Shown here: positions 29,001 through 37,732 of the stretch, one piece after another
Layout of the letters: each line of letters starts with the position of its first letter
Numbering within the stretch: the first letter of the stretch is position 1
Assembly (NCBI GenBank): GCA_963727585.1
Contig: CAVSHH010000003.1
Coordinates: 1,698,493 to 1,762,492 of the forward strand
DNA from: an uncultured Chloroflexia bacterium
GTDB taxonomy: Bacteria > Chloroflexota > Limnocylindria > Limnocylindrales > CSP1-4
Length of the DNA stretch: 64,000 bases
Direction of reading: 5' to 3'
Notes under the pieces: generated by a model
What the model saw: the letters and a program-made list of their open reading frames with translations, nothing else
The model's database searches: none
What the model was told of the DNA's origin: nothing
Position numbers and translations under genes: made by a program

Positions 29001-29680
29001 GCGCGTTCTACGATGGTCGACTGGAGACGGCTCCGGGCACCGAGCTCCAGCGCCTGGACGACGGACCGCCGGTCGGCGGAACCGGGATCCGGCACGTGCC
29101 GATTGCCCACGAGGCGGCTTCCAACCGCTCGCCCGAGGAGGCTGCCTGGGTGGCGGAGGCCATCGCCGGTCTCGTCGGTCGCCGCTGGACCGACCACCAG
29201 GGCGCCGTGAGCGAGCTCGCGGTCGAGGATGTGCTCGTCGTCGCTCCGTACAACGCGCAGGTGGCGGAGATCGACCGGGCCGTGAAGGCCAGGCTGGGCG
29301 TCCCGGCGAACGTCGGCACCGTGGACAGGTTCCAGGGTCGCGAGGCCCCGGTGGCGATCTACTCGATGACCACGTCGACGCCCGACGACGCCCCCCGGGA
29401 CCTCGAGTTCCTGTACTCCGGCAATCGGCTCAACGTGGCCATCTCGAGGGCGCGGGGGCTGGCGGTGCTGGTGGCCAGCCCCGCGCTGCTCCGGGTGGCC
29501 TGCCGGACCCCCCAGCAGATGCGGCTGGTCAATGCCCTGTGCCGGCTGGTCGAGGTCGCCGTAGGGCAAGCGGGCCCGTTCCCGCAGCCGGGTCCGGCGG
29601 AGCCCGCCCGCTTGGTGCCGGCCCCCGACGAGCTGGTCTTGTTCCCCCACCTCGATCCGATCGATCGGCGGCAGACCTGA
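26090..29680 (+). CDS. TM0106-family RecB/Cas4-like nuclease fused to an SF1 (Dna2/Upf1-like) helicase, 1197 aa.
   Basis: N-terminus: LVGYLECDHL, DIADTKLARRVK (PD-D/ExK), CRVCSWWIECQ (Cys cluster). C-terminus: GPPGTGKTYT (Walker A), LFVDEAGQ (Walker B), LLGDPNQLPQV, TVDRFQGREAPVAIYS. A GTG start at 26090 was chosen because the track ORF start (25673) overlaps the GNAT gene. A TAGAGT -10-like hexamer lies 8 nt upstream, so the mRNA may be leaderless. Confidence 0.8.
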   Translation: MQLHDDGTLVVSATDLVGYLECDHLVTLEKARARGELVKPVRNDPELELVRRRGYEHERRYIARLEAEGRTVVEMSSREPRTPDELRAAEAETLAAMQAGTDVIFQATFFDGRWRGHPDFLVRRDDRPSSLGGWSYDIADTKLARRVKAAAILQMCVYADRLAELQGIPPETIAVVTGDREAHPHRLEDYAAYFRAARRRFEARVFQPAPTGAPATYPEPVDHCRVCSWWIECQDRRRADDHLSIVAGAAKTQRRRLVEAGVTTLAGLARLDEGRGIRGMQPRILGRLRQQAALQLAWREDGVDRYELLPPSPDEPGKGLAALPPPSRLDVFFDIEADPWALDDGLEYLFGWVEREEATGEPGFHALWAHDREQEKAMLEAFVDLVLERRRQDPGMHVYHYGGYESGALKRLMQRHATREDEIDVLLRGRVLVNLYDHVVRQGLRASVESYSIKKLETFYMPRREGGITHAGFSVVEYERWMESGDPAILDAIAAYNRDDCVSNLLLRDWLEARRDEALVSHPEWYPAGEILRPAPEDGEAPEKLREEVAATRRREDALREGVPVDRAQRTSGQQGRWLLAGLLDWYRREAKPQWWDHYRLVDAPLDDLYADGSALAGLRFMDDLGRAASSSVHRYGFDPAQDTKVAEGKAYLALAPNADGMGWDMTGVSVVALDPLAGTVDIRRNASRPHPLALIPAKPYRTDAMRDALLRLADHVLDNGLEGPGRFRAARDLVLGLPPRIAGLAPGARLAADGADVTAVAREVALRLESTVLPIQGPPGTGKTYTAARMILDLVADGRQVGVTAQSHRVIENLLEAVVKAADEIGQTIRIGHRDDEDGAGPSPAGIERIKDSKAIAGGLEARTWDVVGGTSWVWARPELEGAIDVLFVDEAGQVSLAMVCAVAGAASSVVLLGDPNQLPQVSQGVHPEGAEASALEHLVGEARTIPPERGLLLDTTYRLHPAVNAFISSAFYDGRLETAPGTELQRLDDGPPVGGTGIRHVPIAHEAASNRSPEEAAWVAEAIAGLVGRRWTDHQGAVSELAVEDVLVVAPYNAQVAEIDRAVKARLGVPANVGTVDRFQGREAPVAIYSMTTSTPDDAPRDLEFLYSGNRLNVAISRARGLAVLVASPALLRVACRTPQQMRLVNALCRLVEVAVGQAGPFPQPGPAEPARLVPAPDELVLFPHLDPIDRRQT

Positions 29681-29885
29681 GCTTCTTGGCGGCGGCCGGC
29701 GCCCATCCGGCTGACATCCCGCTGATCGACGGGTGCTCGCGGGTTGTGACGCGCCTGTTAGTGCTTCCCCTCCCGCTGGGGCATGGATCGCTCCCGGGAC
29801 ACGGGAGACTGGACGGGTCCGACCCGCGATCCGTCCGTGTGGTCGCGGGCCAGGCGAGGTGCCCACGCAGCAAGGGAGGACCCGG

Positions 29886-30095
29886 ATGGCCCGCAACGAT
29901 GAAGATCACGACGTCGTCGTCGTCGACCGGGGGGGAAACGGCGGCGCAGTGCTCCTGGCAGTCGTCGTCCTCGTGATCCTCGTGATCGCAGTCTGGTTCT
30001 TCGCGCTTGGTCCCGGCCAGGGCACCTTCACCGGCTCCGACGGCGGGGTCGACATCAACGTGGAGCTGCCGTCGGTGGCACCCGGCGCCTCCTGA
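29886..30095 (+). CDS. Small single-TM membrane protein (69 aa).
   Basis: Strong RBS AAGGGAGGA, then ATG. MARNDEDHDVVVVDRGGNGGAVLLAVVVLVILVIAVWFFALGPGQG... Confidence 0.6.
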   Translation: MARNDEDHDVVVVDRGGNGGAVLLAVVVLVILVIAVWFFALGPGQGTFTGSDGGVDINVELPSVAPGAS

Positions 30096-30242
30096 GCGCC
30101 GGTCGACCCTCGACCGCGTGGCCGCCCCGCCCGGACCGCGGGCAGCCCACCGGGATCGCCGTCACCTCCGCCCAGCGTTCGCCACGCTCAGGGTAGGATT
30201 GCCCACCGCGCAGTCGCATGGGTCCATCCACTCCGAGCAGGC

Positions 30243-31475
30243 ATGATCCACCAGCAAGACCACGAGCACCCCGACGAGCCGGCCCCCGACGTGGACGCGC
30301 GGATCGAGGTCCTCGCCCAGACCGCAGACGTGTCGGAGGTCGGCTCCATCCTGACCCGCGAGCGGCAGGCGGTGTTCGACCGCTGGCTCACCGTCGCCCG
30401 GCGCCAGCCGTTCCATGCCGAGCACCCCGACCGCGCCGTCACCGATGACATTCCGGCCCTCATCGATGCCATCGCCGCCCTCCTGCGCGCCGGCAACCGG
30501 GACGGTGAGGGTGCCGTCGCGGCTCCGCTCGAGGATCCAGCGGTCATCGCCGCCGCCCAGGCCCATGCGGATGCGCGGTTCATGCTCGGCCTCGGGCCGG
30601 TGGCCATCGCCACCGAGTTCCGGCTGCTCCGGCAGGAGATGGCCATGAGCCTCCGGACGCACATCGATGGCGCTCTGCCCGCGGCCGATGTGGTCAGCGC
30701 CCTGATGGTCGTCAACGACGCGCTCGACGGGGCGACCGCGCTGGCGCTGTCCGCGCTGACGGACCGGATCGAGGCGGTGCGCGAGGATTTCCTGGCCACC
30801 GCGCTCCACGACATCCGCCAGCCGTTGACCGTGGTCGAGGGATCGCTCGCGCTTGCCACCCGCTGGCTGGAGCGGGATCCGATCCCGGTCGGCCAGGTGC
30901 GGGACGCCGTCGCGGGTGCCTCGGATGCCGCCAGCGAGCTGCTGCTGTTCGTGGACACCCTGGCGGATGCCTCGCGGCTCGCGCTCGGCGTCCTCGAGCT
31001 CGAGCCCGAGCCCACCGCCCTGCGCGAGGTGGTGCGGGAGTCCGTCGCGGCCGTCGCGCCCGAGCTGCGCGTCCGCATCAAGGCGGACCTCGGGGATGGG
31101 CAGGCCGCGGTCGGCGACTGGGATCACCGTGCGATCCGGCGCGTGCTCGCGAACCTGCTGTCCAACGCGCTCAAGTACTCGGCCGCCGACACAACCGTGG
31201 AGATCTCGGGGGCCCTCGACGCCGATCGGGTGCGGATCAGCGTCCGCGACCACGGGATCGGCATCGACCCCGGCGAGCTCGACGGCCTGTTCACCAGGTA
31301 CGCCCGGACCGACGCGGCTCGGGCAGCTGGCCGCGCGGGCCTCGGCCTCGGGCTCTATGCCTGCCGCGGGCTCGTGACCGCGCATGGCGGCCGCATCTGG
31401 CTGGAGTCCGACGGGTCGGGCTCCGGGACGTGCGCGTTCGTCGAGCTGCCCATCCACCCCGAATCGGTGGGCTGA
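30243..31475 (+). CDS. Cytoplasmic sensor histidine kinase (RsbRD-N-like sensory domain, HisKA, HATPase).
   Basis: H-box ALHDIRQPL, N-box LLSNALKYS, G-boxes DHGIGI and GLGLGLY. Confidence 0.8.
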   Translation: MIHQQDHEHPDEPAPDVDARIEVLAQTADVSEVGSILTRERQAVFDRWLTVARRQPFHAEHPDRAVTDDIPALIDAIAALLRAGNRDGEGAVAAPLEDPAVIAAAQAHADARFMLGLGPVAIATEFRLLRQEMAMSLRTHIDGALPAADVVSALMVVNDALDGATALALSALTDRIEAVREDFLATALHDIRQPLTVVEGSLALATRWLERDPIPVGQVRDAVAGASDAASELLLFVDTLADASRLALGVLELEPEPTALREVVRESVAAVAPELRVRIKADLGDGQAAVGDWDHRAIRRVLANLLSNALKYSAADTTVEISGALDADRVRISVRDHGIGIDPGELDGLFTRYARTDAARAAGRAGLGLGLYACRGLVTAHGGRIWLESDGSGSGTCAFVELPIHPESVG

Positions 31476-31518
31476 CCGTCTCGCGCCGCTCGGCGGGGCT
31501 TCCGGGTTCCGCCCCCGG

Positions 31519-32787
31519 TCAGGCGCCCAGCTCGTCCGTCGCGAACGCCGCCAGCACGCGCGCGCACGCCTCGACCTCGGCCAGCGACACCTGTTCATCC
31601 GCCGCGTGGGCGACCCGCACGTCACCGGGACCGAACACGATGCACGGCGTCTCCCCCACCCCCACGAACAGCCGCATGTCGCAGCCGTAGGGCACCCCGC
31701 GGAGCGCCGGGCGGCGCCCCGTCACGGCCTCTGCGGCCGCGGCGAGCGACAGCGGCAGCGGATGATCGGCGGCGACCCGCGACGACGCGAATCGGGCGCC
31801 CGTGATGTCCACGCTTGCAGGGTGGTCGCGCAGGAACGAATGCGCCCCGCACGCCGCGGCGATGCAGGCCCGCAGCTCCGCCTCGGCATCTGCCGGTGAC
31901 TGGTCGAGGCGGACCCCGTACCGGCCCTCGGCAACGATCCGGTCCATGACGGTCGACGCCCAATCGCCGCCGCTGACCGTGCCCACGATGGTCGGGTAGG
32001 GCAGGCCCAGCGCGGTCATCAGCGGCTCGGTCTCATCGGCGTTGCGGCGCGCCTCGTCGGCCTCGAGCGCCCGCAGCAGGTCGCCAAGGTTGTCGAGCGC
32101 CGACACGCCCTCCAGGCGGCGGCTGGCGTGCGCCGCCCGGCCGGGCACCGTGAGCCTGAACGTGATCGCACCGGCGTGGGCGATCACGACGTCGAGGCCG
32201 GTGGGCTCGGCGATCACGCACAGGTCGCCGGTGGCACCGGCCCGGATCGCGGCCAGGGTCCCCTGCCCGCCGTCCTCCTCGGACGGCACCAGGGCCACCA
32301 CCAGCTCGCCGCGCAGGCGCTCGAGGGCGCCGGTGGCCCCCAGCGCCCGCACCGCACCCAGGATCGCCGCCACGCCGCCCTTCATGTCGCAGGCACCGCG
32401 CCCGTGCACCCGGCCCTCCCGAATGTCCCCGGAGTACGGATCGCCTGACCACGTCGCACGGTCGCCGGGCGGCACAACGTCGATGTGGCCCGACAGCACC
32501 AGCCGGATGCCGCCCGGCCGTCCGGCCCTGCCGATGACCACCGGGAGCGACGTCCGCGGCACCTCCTCGCCCGGCCACTCCGGGTCGTCGCGGATGGCTG
32601 CGGGGTCGGGATGGAAGACCTCGACTGCAAGGCGCAGCGCCTCGAGCCGGTCGGCAAGCTGCGCCGCGAGCGCGTCCTCCGTGCCGGTGACGCTCGGGAT
32701 TCGGACCAGCGCCTGCAGATCGGCGACCAGCGCCTCGACGTCCACGGTGCCGGCCGCCTCGCCGGCCGCCGCCGTGAGCGAGCTCAT
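31519..32787 (-). CDS. M20 family peptidase (ArgE/DapE-like deacylase).
   Basis: SGHIDVVPPG, GRGACDMKGG and a C-terminal HAADE motif. ATG at 32787 overlaps the upstream stop (ATGA). Confidence 0.75.
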   Translation of the reverse strand: MSSLTAAAGEAAGTVDVEALVADLQALVRIPSVTGTEDALAAQLADRLEALRLAVEVFHPDPAAIRDDPEWPGEEVPRTSLPVVIGRAGRPGGIRLVLSGHIDVVPPGDRATWSGDPYSGDIREGRVHGRGACDMKGGVAAILGAVRALGATGALERLRGELVVALVPSEEDGGQGTLAAIRAGATGDLCVIAEPTGLDVVIAHAGAITFRLTVPGRAAHASRRLEGVSALDNLGDLLRALEADEARRNADETEPLMTALGLPYPTIVGTVSGGDWASTVMDRIVAEGRYGVRLDQSPADAEAELRACIAAACGAHSFLRDHPASVDITGARFASSRVAADHPLPLSLAAAAEAVTGRRPALRGVPYGCDMRLFVGVGETPCIVFGPGDVRVAHAADEQVSLAEVEACARVLAAFATDELGA

Positions 32788-33650
32788 CCGCGGCGGACCG
32801 GCCGGGTCAGGCAGGTGACCCCGCCTGACCCGTTCTCGCCCACCTCGCCCAACGGGGTCGCATGGACTTCGACCCCGGCCGCCTCGAGCCGGCGGCGGGT
32901 CTCCCGGTTGCCCTCCGCCACCACGACGACCCCGGGGCGGACGGCCAGCACGTTGCAGCCCAGCGTCGGGTACTCCGCCTCGGGCACCTCGAGCAGCCGC
33001 ACCCCCAGGTCGAGCAGCAGCTCGTACAGGCCCGCGGGCAGCAGGGGCAGGAACACGACGGCCACGTCGTCGGCCACCGGCGAGACCACGGACAGCAGGT
33101 GGACGAGCTCCTCGGCGCCGCGCCAGACGGGCACGTCGAACACCCGCACGTCGCCCCCCACGATCCCGGCCAGCTGACGGGCGCCAGCATCGTTGGTGCG
33201 AAGCGATCGCCCGATGCACAGCAGGTCCGGCCGCAGCCAGAACGTGTCGCCGCCCTCGATCGTCCCGGGCGCCTCGATCCGGCCCAGGGTCGGGATGCCG
33301 CGCGTGCGCGTCCAGGCCTCGAGCACGCCGGGTTCACCGGTCCGGTTGGGCTTGCCCGGCCGGAGCGGGATCGCGCCGCCGTCGGCGATCAGGAGCGGAT
33401 CGAAGACATAGACGAGGTCGGGGTCGTCGGTCTCCGTGTCGAGGACGTGGACCACGCAGCCGAGGCGCGTCAGCACCTCGACCAGGCCCTCGTGCTCGCG
33501 GCGAGCGCGGTCGAGATCCACCGGGCGCAGGAACCCGGTCGCAGGGTCGTCGAACGCGCGTCCGAAGACGGGACCGGGCGGCTTCACGAGCACCTCGCGC
33601 AATGGCGCAGTCATGCTCTGGGCGCCGAACGCCGGCTGGTGGCGGTTCAT
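32784..33650 (-). CDS. Amidinotransferase-superfamily protein (dimethylarginine dimethylaminohydrolase-like).
   Basis: DDAH-like fold motifs. C-terminal catalytic Cys in SGGVTCLTRP. The start is uncertain (M at 33662, 33650 or 33614). Confidence 0.6.
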   Translation of the reverse strand: MNRHQPAFGAQSMTAPLREVLVKPPGPVFGRAFDDPATGFLRPVDLDRARREHEGLVEVLTRLGCVVHVLDTETDDPDLVYVFDPLLIADGGAIPLRPGKPNRTGEPGVLEAWTRTRGIPTLGRIEAPGTIEGGDTFWLRPDLLCIGRSLRTNDAGARQLAGIVGGDVRVFDVPVWRGAEELVHLLSVVSPVADDVAVVFLPLLPAGLYELLLDLGVRLLEVPEAEYPTLGCNVLAVRPGVVVVAEGNRETRRRLEAAGVEVHATPLGEVGENGSGGVTCLTRPVRRG

Positions 33651-33753
33651 CCCGTCGAGCATACGGCCCCGGTCGACAGCCGGCGGCATCCGCGTCACCA
33701 TGGCGCCGGGCGCGAGGCCGATGAGCGCCCACTCAGCCCGGGGGTACCCGCCG

Positions 33754-35004
33754 ATGACCAGCACCACCACCCTGACCCACCGCCGCGCTCCCATTCGGGC
33801 CGGTCTGGGCCTCGTTGCCGGCCTGGCCCTCGTGGGCCTGGTCCTGCCGGCGCCGGCGCTCGCAGCGCCCGTTGCCCCGGCGCCGGCGGAACCGGCCATG
33901 ACCGCGGCGCCGGGCCCGACGATCCGGCTCGTCAAGCTCACGGACGTGCCCAACCCGGTGCTCGTGGCCAGCCCCAGGGACGGCACCGGCCGCGTGTTCA
34001 TCGTGAGCAAGGGCGGCAAGATCCGGATCGTGGCCAACGGGACGCTCCGCTCGAAGCCGTTCCTCAACCTCAGCAGGAAGGTGTCCAAGAGCGGCGAGCA
34101 GGGGCTCCTGGGCCTGGCGTTCCACCCGTCCTTTGCCACCAACCGCAAGCTCTACGTGGACTTCACCAACCGTCGCGGGAAGACGGTCGTCCGCGAGTAC
34201 AAGGCCTCCAGGTCCCATCCCAACCGGGTCGCCTCGGGCTCGGGACGGACGATCCTCAGGATCCGGCAGCCGTACAGCAACCACAACGGCGGGATGCTGG
34301 CCTTTGGCAGGGACGGCTACCTGTACATCGGGACGGGCGACGGCGGATCGGCCGGCGACCCGGGCAACCGCGCGCAGGACAAGGGCAGCCTGCTGGGCAA
34401 GCTGCTCCGGATCAACGTCAACGGCAGGACCGCCAGCAAGGCGTACAGGATCCCGCGCTCCAACCCCTACGTGGGCAGACCCGGGCGCAACGAGATCTGG
34501 CAGCGGGGGCTGCGCAACCCGTGGCGGTTCTCGTTCGACCGGTCCACCGGCAACCTGTGGATCGGCGACGTGGGACAGTCCCGCTACGAGGAGGTCGACC
34601 GAGCGCGCCGCACCAGCTCCGGCCCCGGCAGGGGCGTCAACTGGGGCTGGCGCGTGATGGAGGGCAACCACTGCTACAAGCCCTCGAGCGGCTGCAACAC
34701 CAGCGGCAAGAAGAAGCCGCTGGTGGAGTACGACCACGACACGGCCGGGCGCTGCTCGATCACCGGCGGCTCCGTGTACCGGGGCACGGCGATCCCGGCG
34801 CTCAGGGGCTGGTACGTGTTCGGTGACTACTGCAGCGGCGAGGTGTGGGCGGTGGCGGCCGGCGCGAGCCGGCCGGCGGACAAGGTGCCACTGCTCGGGG
34901 CGGGCTCGGGCCGCAGGATCAGCGGGTTCGGCGAGGACGCCGCGGGCGAGCTGTACCTGTGCGACCTGGCCGCGGACGCCGTGTACCGGATCGCGAAGGG
35001 CTAG
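33754..35004 (+). CDS. PQQ-dependent sugar dehydrogenase (soluble glucose/sorbosone dehydrogenase beta-propeller), secreted.
   Basis: Signal peptide, then GEQGLLGLAFHP, NHNGGML.FG.DGYLYIGTGDGG, GLRNPWRFSFD. Confidence 0.8.
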   Translation: MTSTTTLTHRRAPIRAGLGLVAGLALVGLVLPAPALAAPVAPAPAEPAMTAAPGPTIRLVKLTDVPNPVLVASPRDGTGRVFIVSKGGKIRIVANGTLRSKPFLNLSRKVSKSGEQGLLGLAFHPSFATNRKLYVDFTNRRGKTVVREYKASRSHPNRVASGSGRTILRIRQPYSNHNGGMLAFGRDGYLYIGTGDGGSAGDPGNRAQDKGSLLGKLLRINVNGRTASKAYRIPRSNPYVGRPGRNEIWQRGLRNPWRFSFDRSTGNLWIGDVGQSRYEEVDRARRTSSGPGRGVNWGWRVMEGNHCYKPSSGCNTSGKKKPLVEYDHDTAGRCSITGGSVYRGTAIPALRGWYVFGDYCSGEVWAVAAGASRPADKVPLLGAGSGRRISGFGEDAAGELYLCDLAADAVYRIAKG

Positions 35005-35030
35005 GCGGAGTTCAGCTAGCCGCTCGACCG

Positions 35031-36290
35031 TCAGGCGCCAACGATCTCGCGCAGCTCGGCAAGCAGCCGGTCCACCTCGGCCGCCGTGTTGTAGTGGGTG
35101 AGCCCGATCCGCAGCACGCCGTTCGGCTCCAAACCCAGGCGCTCGATCGGGCCGGCCGCGTAGAAGTCGCCCCACCAGGTCGCGATCCCCCGGTCGCCGA
35201 GACCGGTCGCGACCTCGCGCGGCGTGTGGCCCGCGAACGTCACCGCCGCAGTCGGGGTGCGCTCCTCCATCCGGGCACGATCCGTGATCCCCCACACGCG
35301 GGCGCCGGGAACGGCGTCCAGGCCGTCGAGCAGACGCTCGAACAGGGGCATCTCCTGGGCACGGATCGCCGCCATGCCGGTATGGGTCTCGAGGCGGCGG
35401 CCGGTCATGCCCGGGAACGCGGCCGCGTGACTGGACCCGAAGTGCCGGCCGACCTCGGCGATGTACTCCACCGCTGCCAGCGACCCTGCGATCCCCTCGA
35501 AGTTGAGGGTGCCCGTCTCGAACCGGTCGTCGGCAACCCGCAGCTTGTAGGTGGGCAGGGCATCCAGCGCGGACTGCCTGCCATAGAGGACGCCCACGTG
35601 CGGCCCGAAGAACTTGTACACGGAGCAGGCGAGGAAGTCGCTGTCGACCGCCTGGACGTCGATCGGCAGGTGGGGCGCCGCGTGAACCGCGTCGACGAAG
35701 GTGAGGCTGCCCGCCTCGTGGGCGCGCCGGACGAGCTCGGCGACCGGGTTGATGGTGCCGACCGCGTTCGAGGCCCAGCCGAACGCGACCAGCTTCGGGC
35801 GCTCGTGGAGGATGGTGTCGAACGCCTCGATGTCGAGGGTCACGTCGTCGAGCCGGATGTCGACGGTCCGGACCTGGATCCCACGATCCGCCGCGGCGCC
35901 GCGCCACGGCCCGACGTTCGCCTCGTGGTCGAGGCTCGTCACCACGATCGTGTCCCCCGGCGCCAGGCTGGCGGTGATCGATCGCGCGAGATGCATCGTG
36001 AGCGTGGTCATGTTGGCGCCGAACTTGATCTCGGCCGGGCTCGCCGCGTTGAGCAGGTCGGCCAGCGCTGCATGGGCCTCGTCCACCACGGCGTCGCTGC
36101 GCCGCGAGGTGAGGAACGTGCCCTCGTGATTGGCGTTCGAGGTCCGGTAGTAGCCGGCCACGGCCTCGATCACGGTGTCCGGGACCTGGGTCCCGCCGGG
36201 TCCGTCGAACAGGACGATGGGGCGGCCGTCCTGCTCGATGGACAGGGCCGGGAAGCGGGCGCGAAGCGCCTCGACGTCGAACTGGGACAT
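35031..36290 (-). CDS. Class V aminotransferase (cysteine desulfurase-like protein).
   Basis: SLDHEAN, FLACSVYKFFGPH (PLP Lys). Start at MSQFDVEAL. Confidence 0.75.
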   Translation of the reverse strand: MSQFDVEALRARFPALSIEQDGRPIVLFDGPGGTQVPDTVIEAVAGYYRTSNANHEGTFLTSRRSDAVVDEAHAALADLLNAASPAEIKFGANMTTLTMHLARSITASLAPGDTIVVTSLDHEANVGPWRGAAADRGIQVRTVDIRLDDVTLDIEAFDTILHERPKLVAFGWASNAVGTINPVAELVRRAHEAGSLTFVDAVHAAPHLPIDVQAVDSDFLACSVYKFFGPHVGVLYGRQSALDALPTYKLRVADDRFETGTLNFEGIAGSLAAVEYIAEVGRHFGSSHAAAFPGMTGRRLETHTGMAAIRAQEMPLFERLLDGLDAVPGARVWGITDRARMEERTPTAAVTFAGHTPREVATGLGDRGIATWWGDFYAAGPIERLGLEPNGVLRIGLTHYNTAAEVDRLLAELREIVGA

Positions 36291-36413
36291 GGGTTCCTCA
36301 CAGGTGCGGTCCCTCGATGCTAGCCCCTGGTCATCGGGCGTGCGGCCGGGGTTGGTCATGCGCGCCAAGTGGTTGCGCTAGCAACGACCTCGCCGATGCA
36401 GTAGCATGGAAGC

Positions 36414-36929
36414 ATGTCGACCTCCGTCACGAGCCCCGCGTCAGCGCTCGCCGCGGACGACCCCCGCCTCGGCGCCTGGCGATCGTTCATCCACGCCAAC
36501 GCGTTGCTGCTGCGGCGAATGGACGAGGACCTCCAGGCTGCCCACGACCTGTCGCTGGCCGAATACGATGCGCTCCTGCAGCTGGTCAACGCCCCCGGCC
36601 GGCGGCTCCGGATGAGCGCGCTCGCCGAGCGGGTGCTGCTGTCCCGGAGCGGGATCACGCGGCTGGTGGACCGGCTGGAGGCAGCCGGAATGGTCACCAG
36701 ATCGGCCTGCGTCACCGATGCGCGGGGTGCCGAGGCCGAGCTCACCCACGAGGGTCTGGGCCGCCTCCGGGCGGCGTCGCGCACGCACCTGGACGGAGTC
36801 CGGCGCTACTTCCTGGCGAGCATGGCGGACACCGACCGCGACGCCCTGGAGCGGGCCTGCCAGGGCATCCTCGACGAGCTCGGCCGGGACCGGGCGGGCG
36901 ACGGCCCGTGGGCGTCGCCGAGGGCCTGA
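36414..36929 (+). CDS. MarR family transcriptional regulator.
   Basis: Winged HTH LSLAEYDALLQLVNAPGRRLRMSALAERVLLSRSGITRLVDRLEAAGMV. Confidence 0.8.
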   Translation: MSTSVTSPASALAADDPRLGAWRSFIHANALLLRRMDEDLQAAHDLSLAEYDALLQLVNAPGRRLRMSALAERVLLSRSGITRLVDRLEAAGMVTRSACVTDARGAEAELTHEGLGRLRAASRTHLDGVRRYFLASMADTDRDALERACQGILDELGRDRAGDGPWASPRA

Positions 36930-37726
36930 GCTCCGGCCCGCCCGACCCGCCGGAGAGAGCTCCCGGGCGCCTCTACGCGGGCACCAGCGGCTTCGCCTAT
37001 CCGGGCTGGGCCCCCCGCTTCTACCCTCCCGGGCTGCGTTCCAGCGACCTGCTCCGGCACTATGCCTCGCGGCTGCCGTGCGTCGAGCTCAACAACACCT
37101 TCTACGCCCGGCCGACCCGGGCCAGGATCGCCGCCTGGGTCGCCGCGACGCCGCCCGCATTCCGGTTCGTGGTCAAGGCGCAGCGCGGTGCCAGCGCCCG
37201 GGCGCTCAGCGGCTCCGCGGCCGAGTCCGTGCCCTGGCTCGCCGAGCCGCTGGCGGCCTTCGGGGCGCGCCTGGGGGCGGTACTGTTCCGGATCGACGCC
37301 AGGGTCGTCCGTGACGATGCCCGGCTGGCCGCCCTGCTCGACGCCTGGCCGGCGGCGATCCCGCTGGTGCTCGAGGCGCAGCACCCCTCGTGGGTGATGG
37401 ACGAGACGTTCACGGCGCTCCGGGAGGCGGGCGCCGTATGGTGCACCACCGACCTCGACGAGCATTCCCAGCCACCCGACATCCGGCGCACCGGGCCGTT
37501 CCTCTACCTCCGCCTCCGCCGCACCGGCTACGACGAGGCGGCGCTGGATGCATGGGCGTCCCGGATCGCGCCGTTCCTCGATGACGGGATGGATGCCTGG
37601 GTCATGTTCCGCCACGACGAGGACGGCGCCGGCGCCGTCCTCGCCGAGGGGTTCGCGGCCCGGGTCGACCGCGTTCGCACGCGGCCCCCCGGCCGATCGC
37701 CCGGGCGCGGCCGTTCGGTACCCTAG
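36908..37726 (+). CDS. DUF72 (UPF0759) family protein.
   Basis: LYAGTSGFAYPGW...LPCVELNNTFY, the classic DUF72 N-terminus. No ATG is present. An in-frame GTG at 36908 overlaps the MarR end by 22 nt. Confidence 0.6.
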   Translation: MGVAEGLSSGPPDPPERAPGRLYAGTSGFAYPGWAPRFYPPGLRSSDLLRHYASRLPCVELNNTFYARPTRARIAAWVAATPPAFRFVVKAQRGASARALSGSAAESVPWLAEPLAAFGARLGAVLFRIDARVVRDDARLAALLDAWPAAIPLVLEAQHPSWVMDETFTALREAGAVWCTTDLDEHSQPPDIRRTGPFLYLRLRRTGYDEAALDAWASRIAPFLDDGMDAWVMFRHDEDGAGAVLAEGFAARVDRVRTRPPGRSPGRGRSVP

Positions 37727-37732
37727 CGAGCG

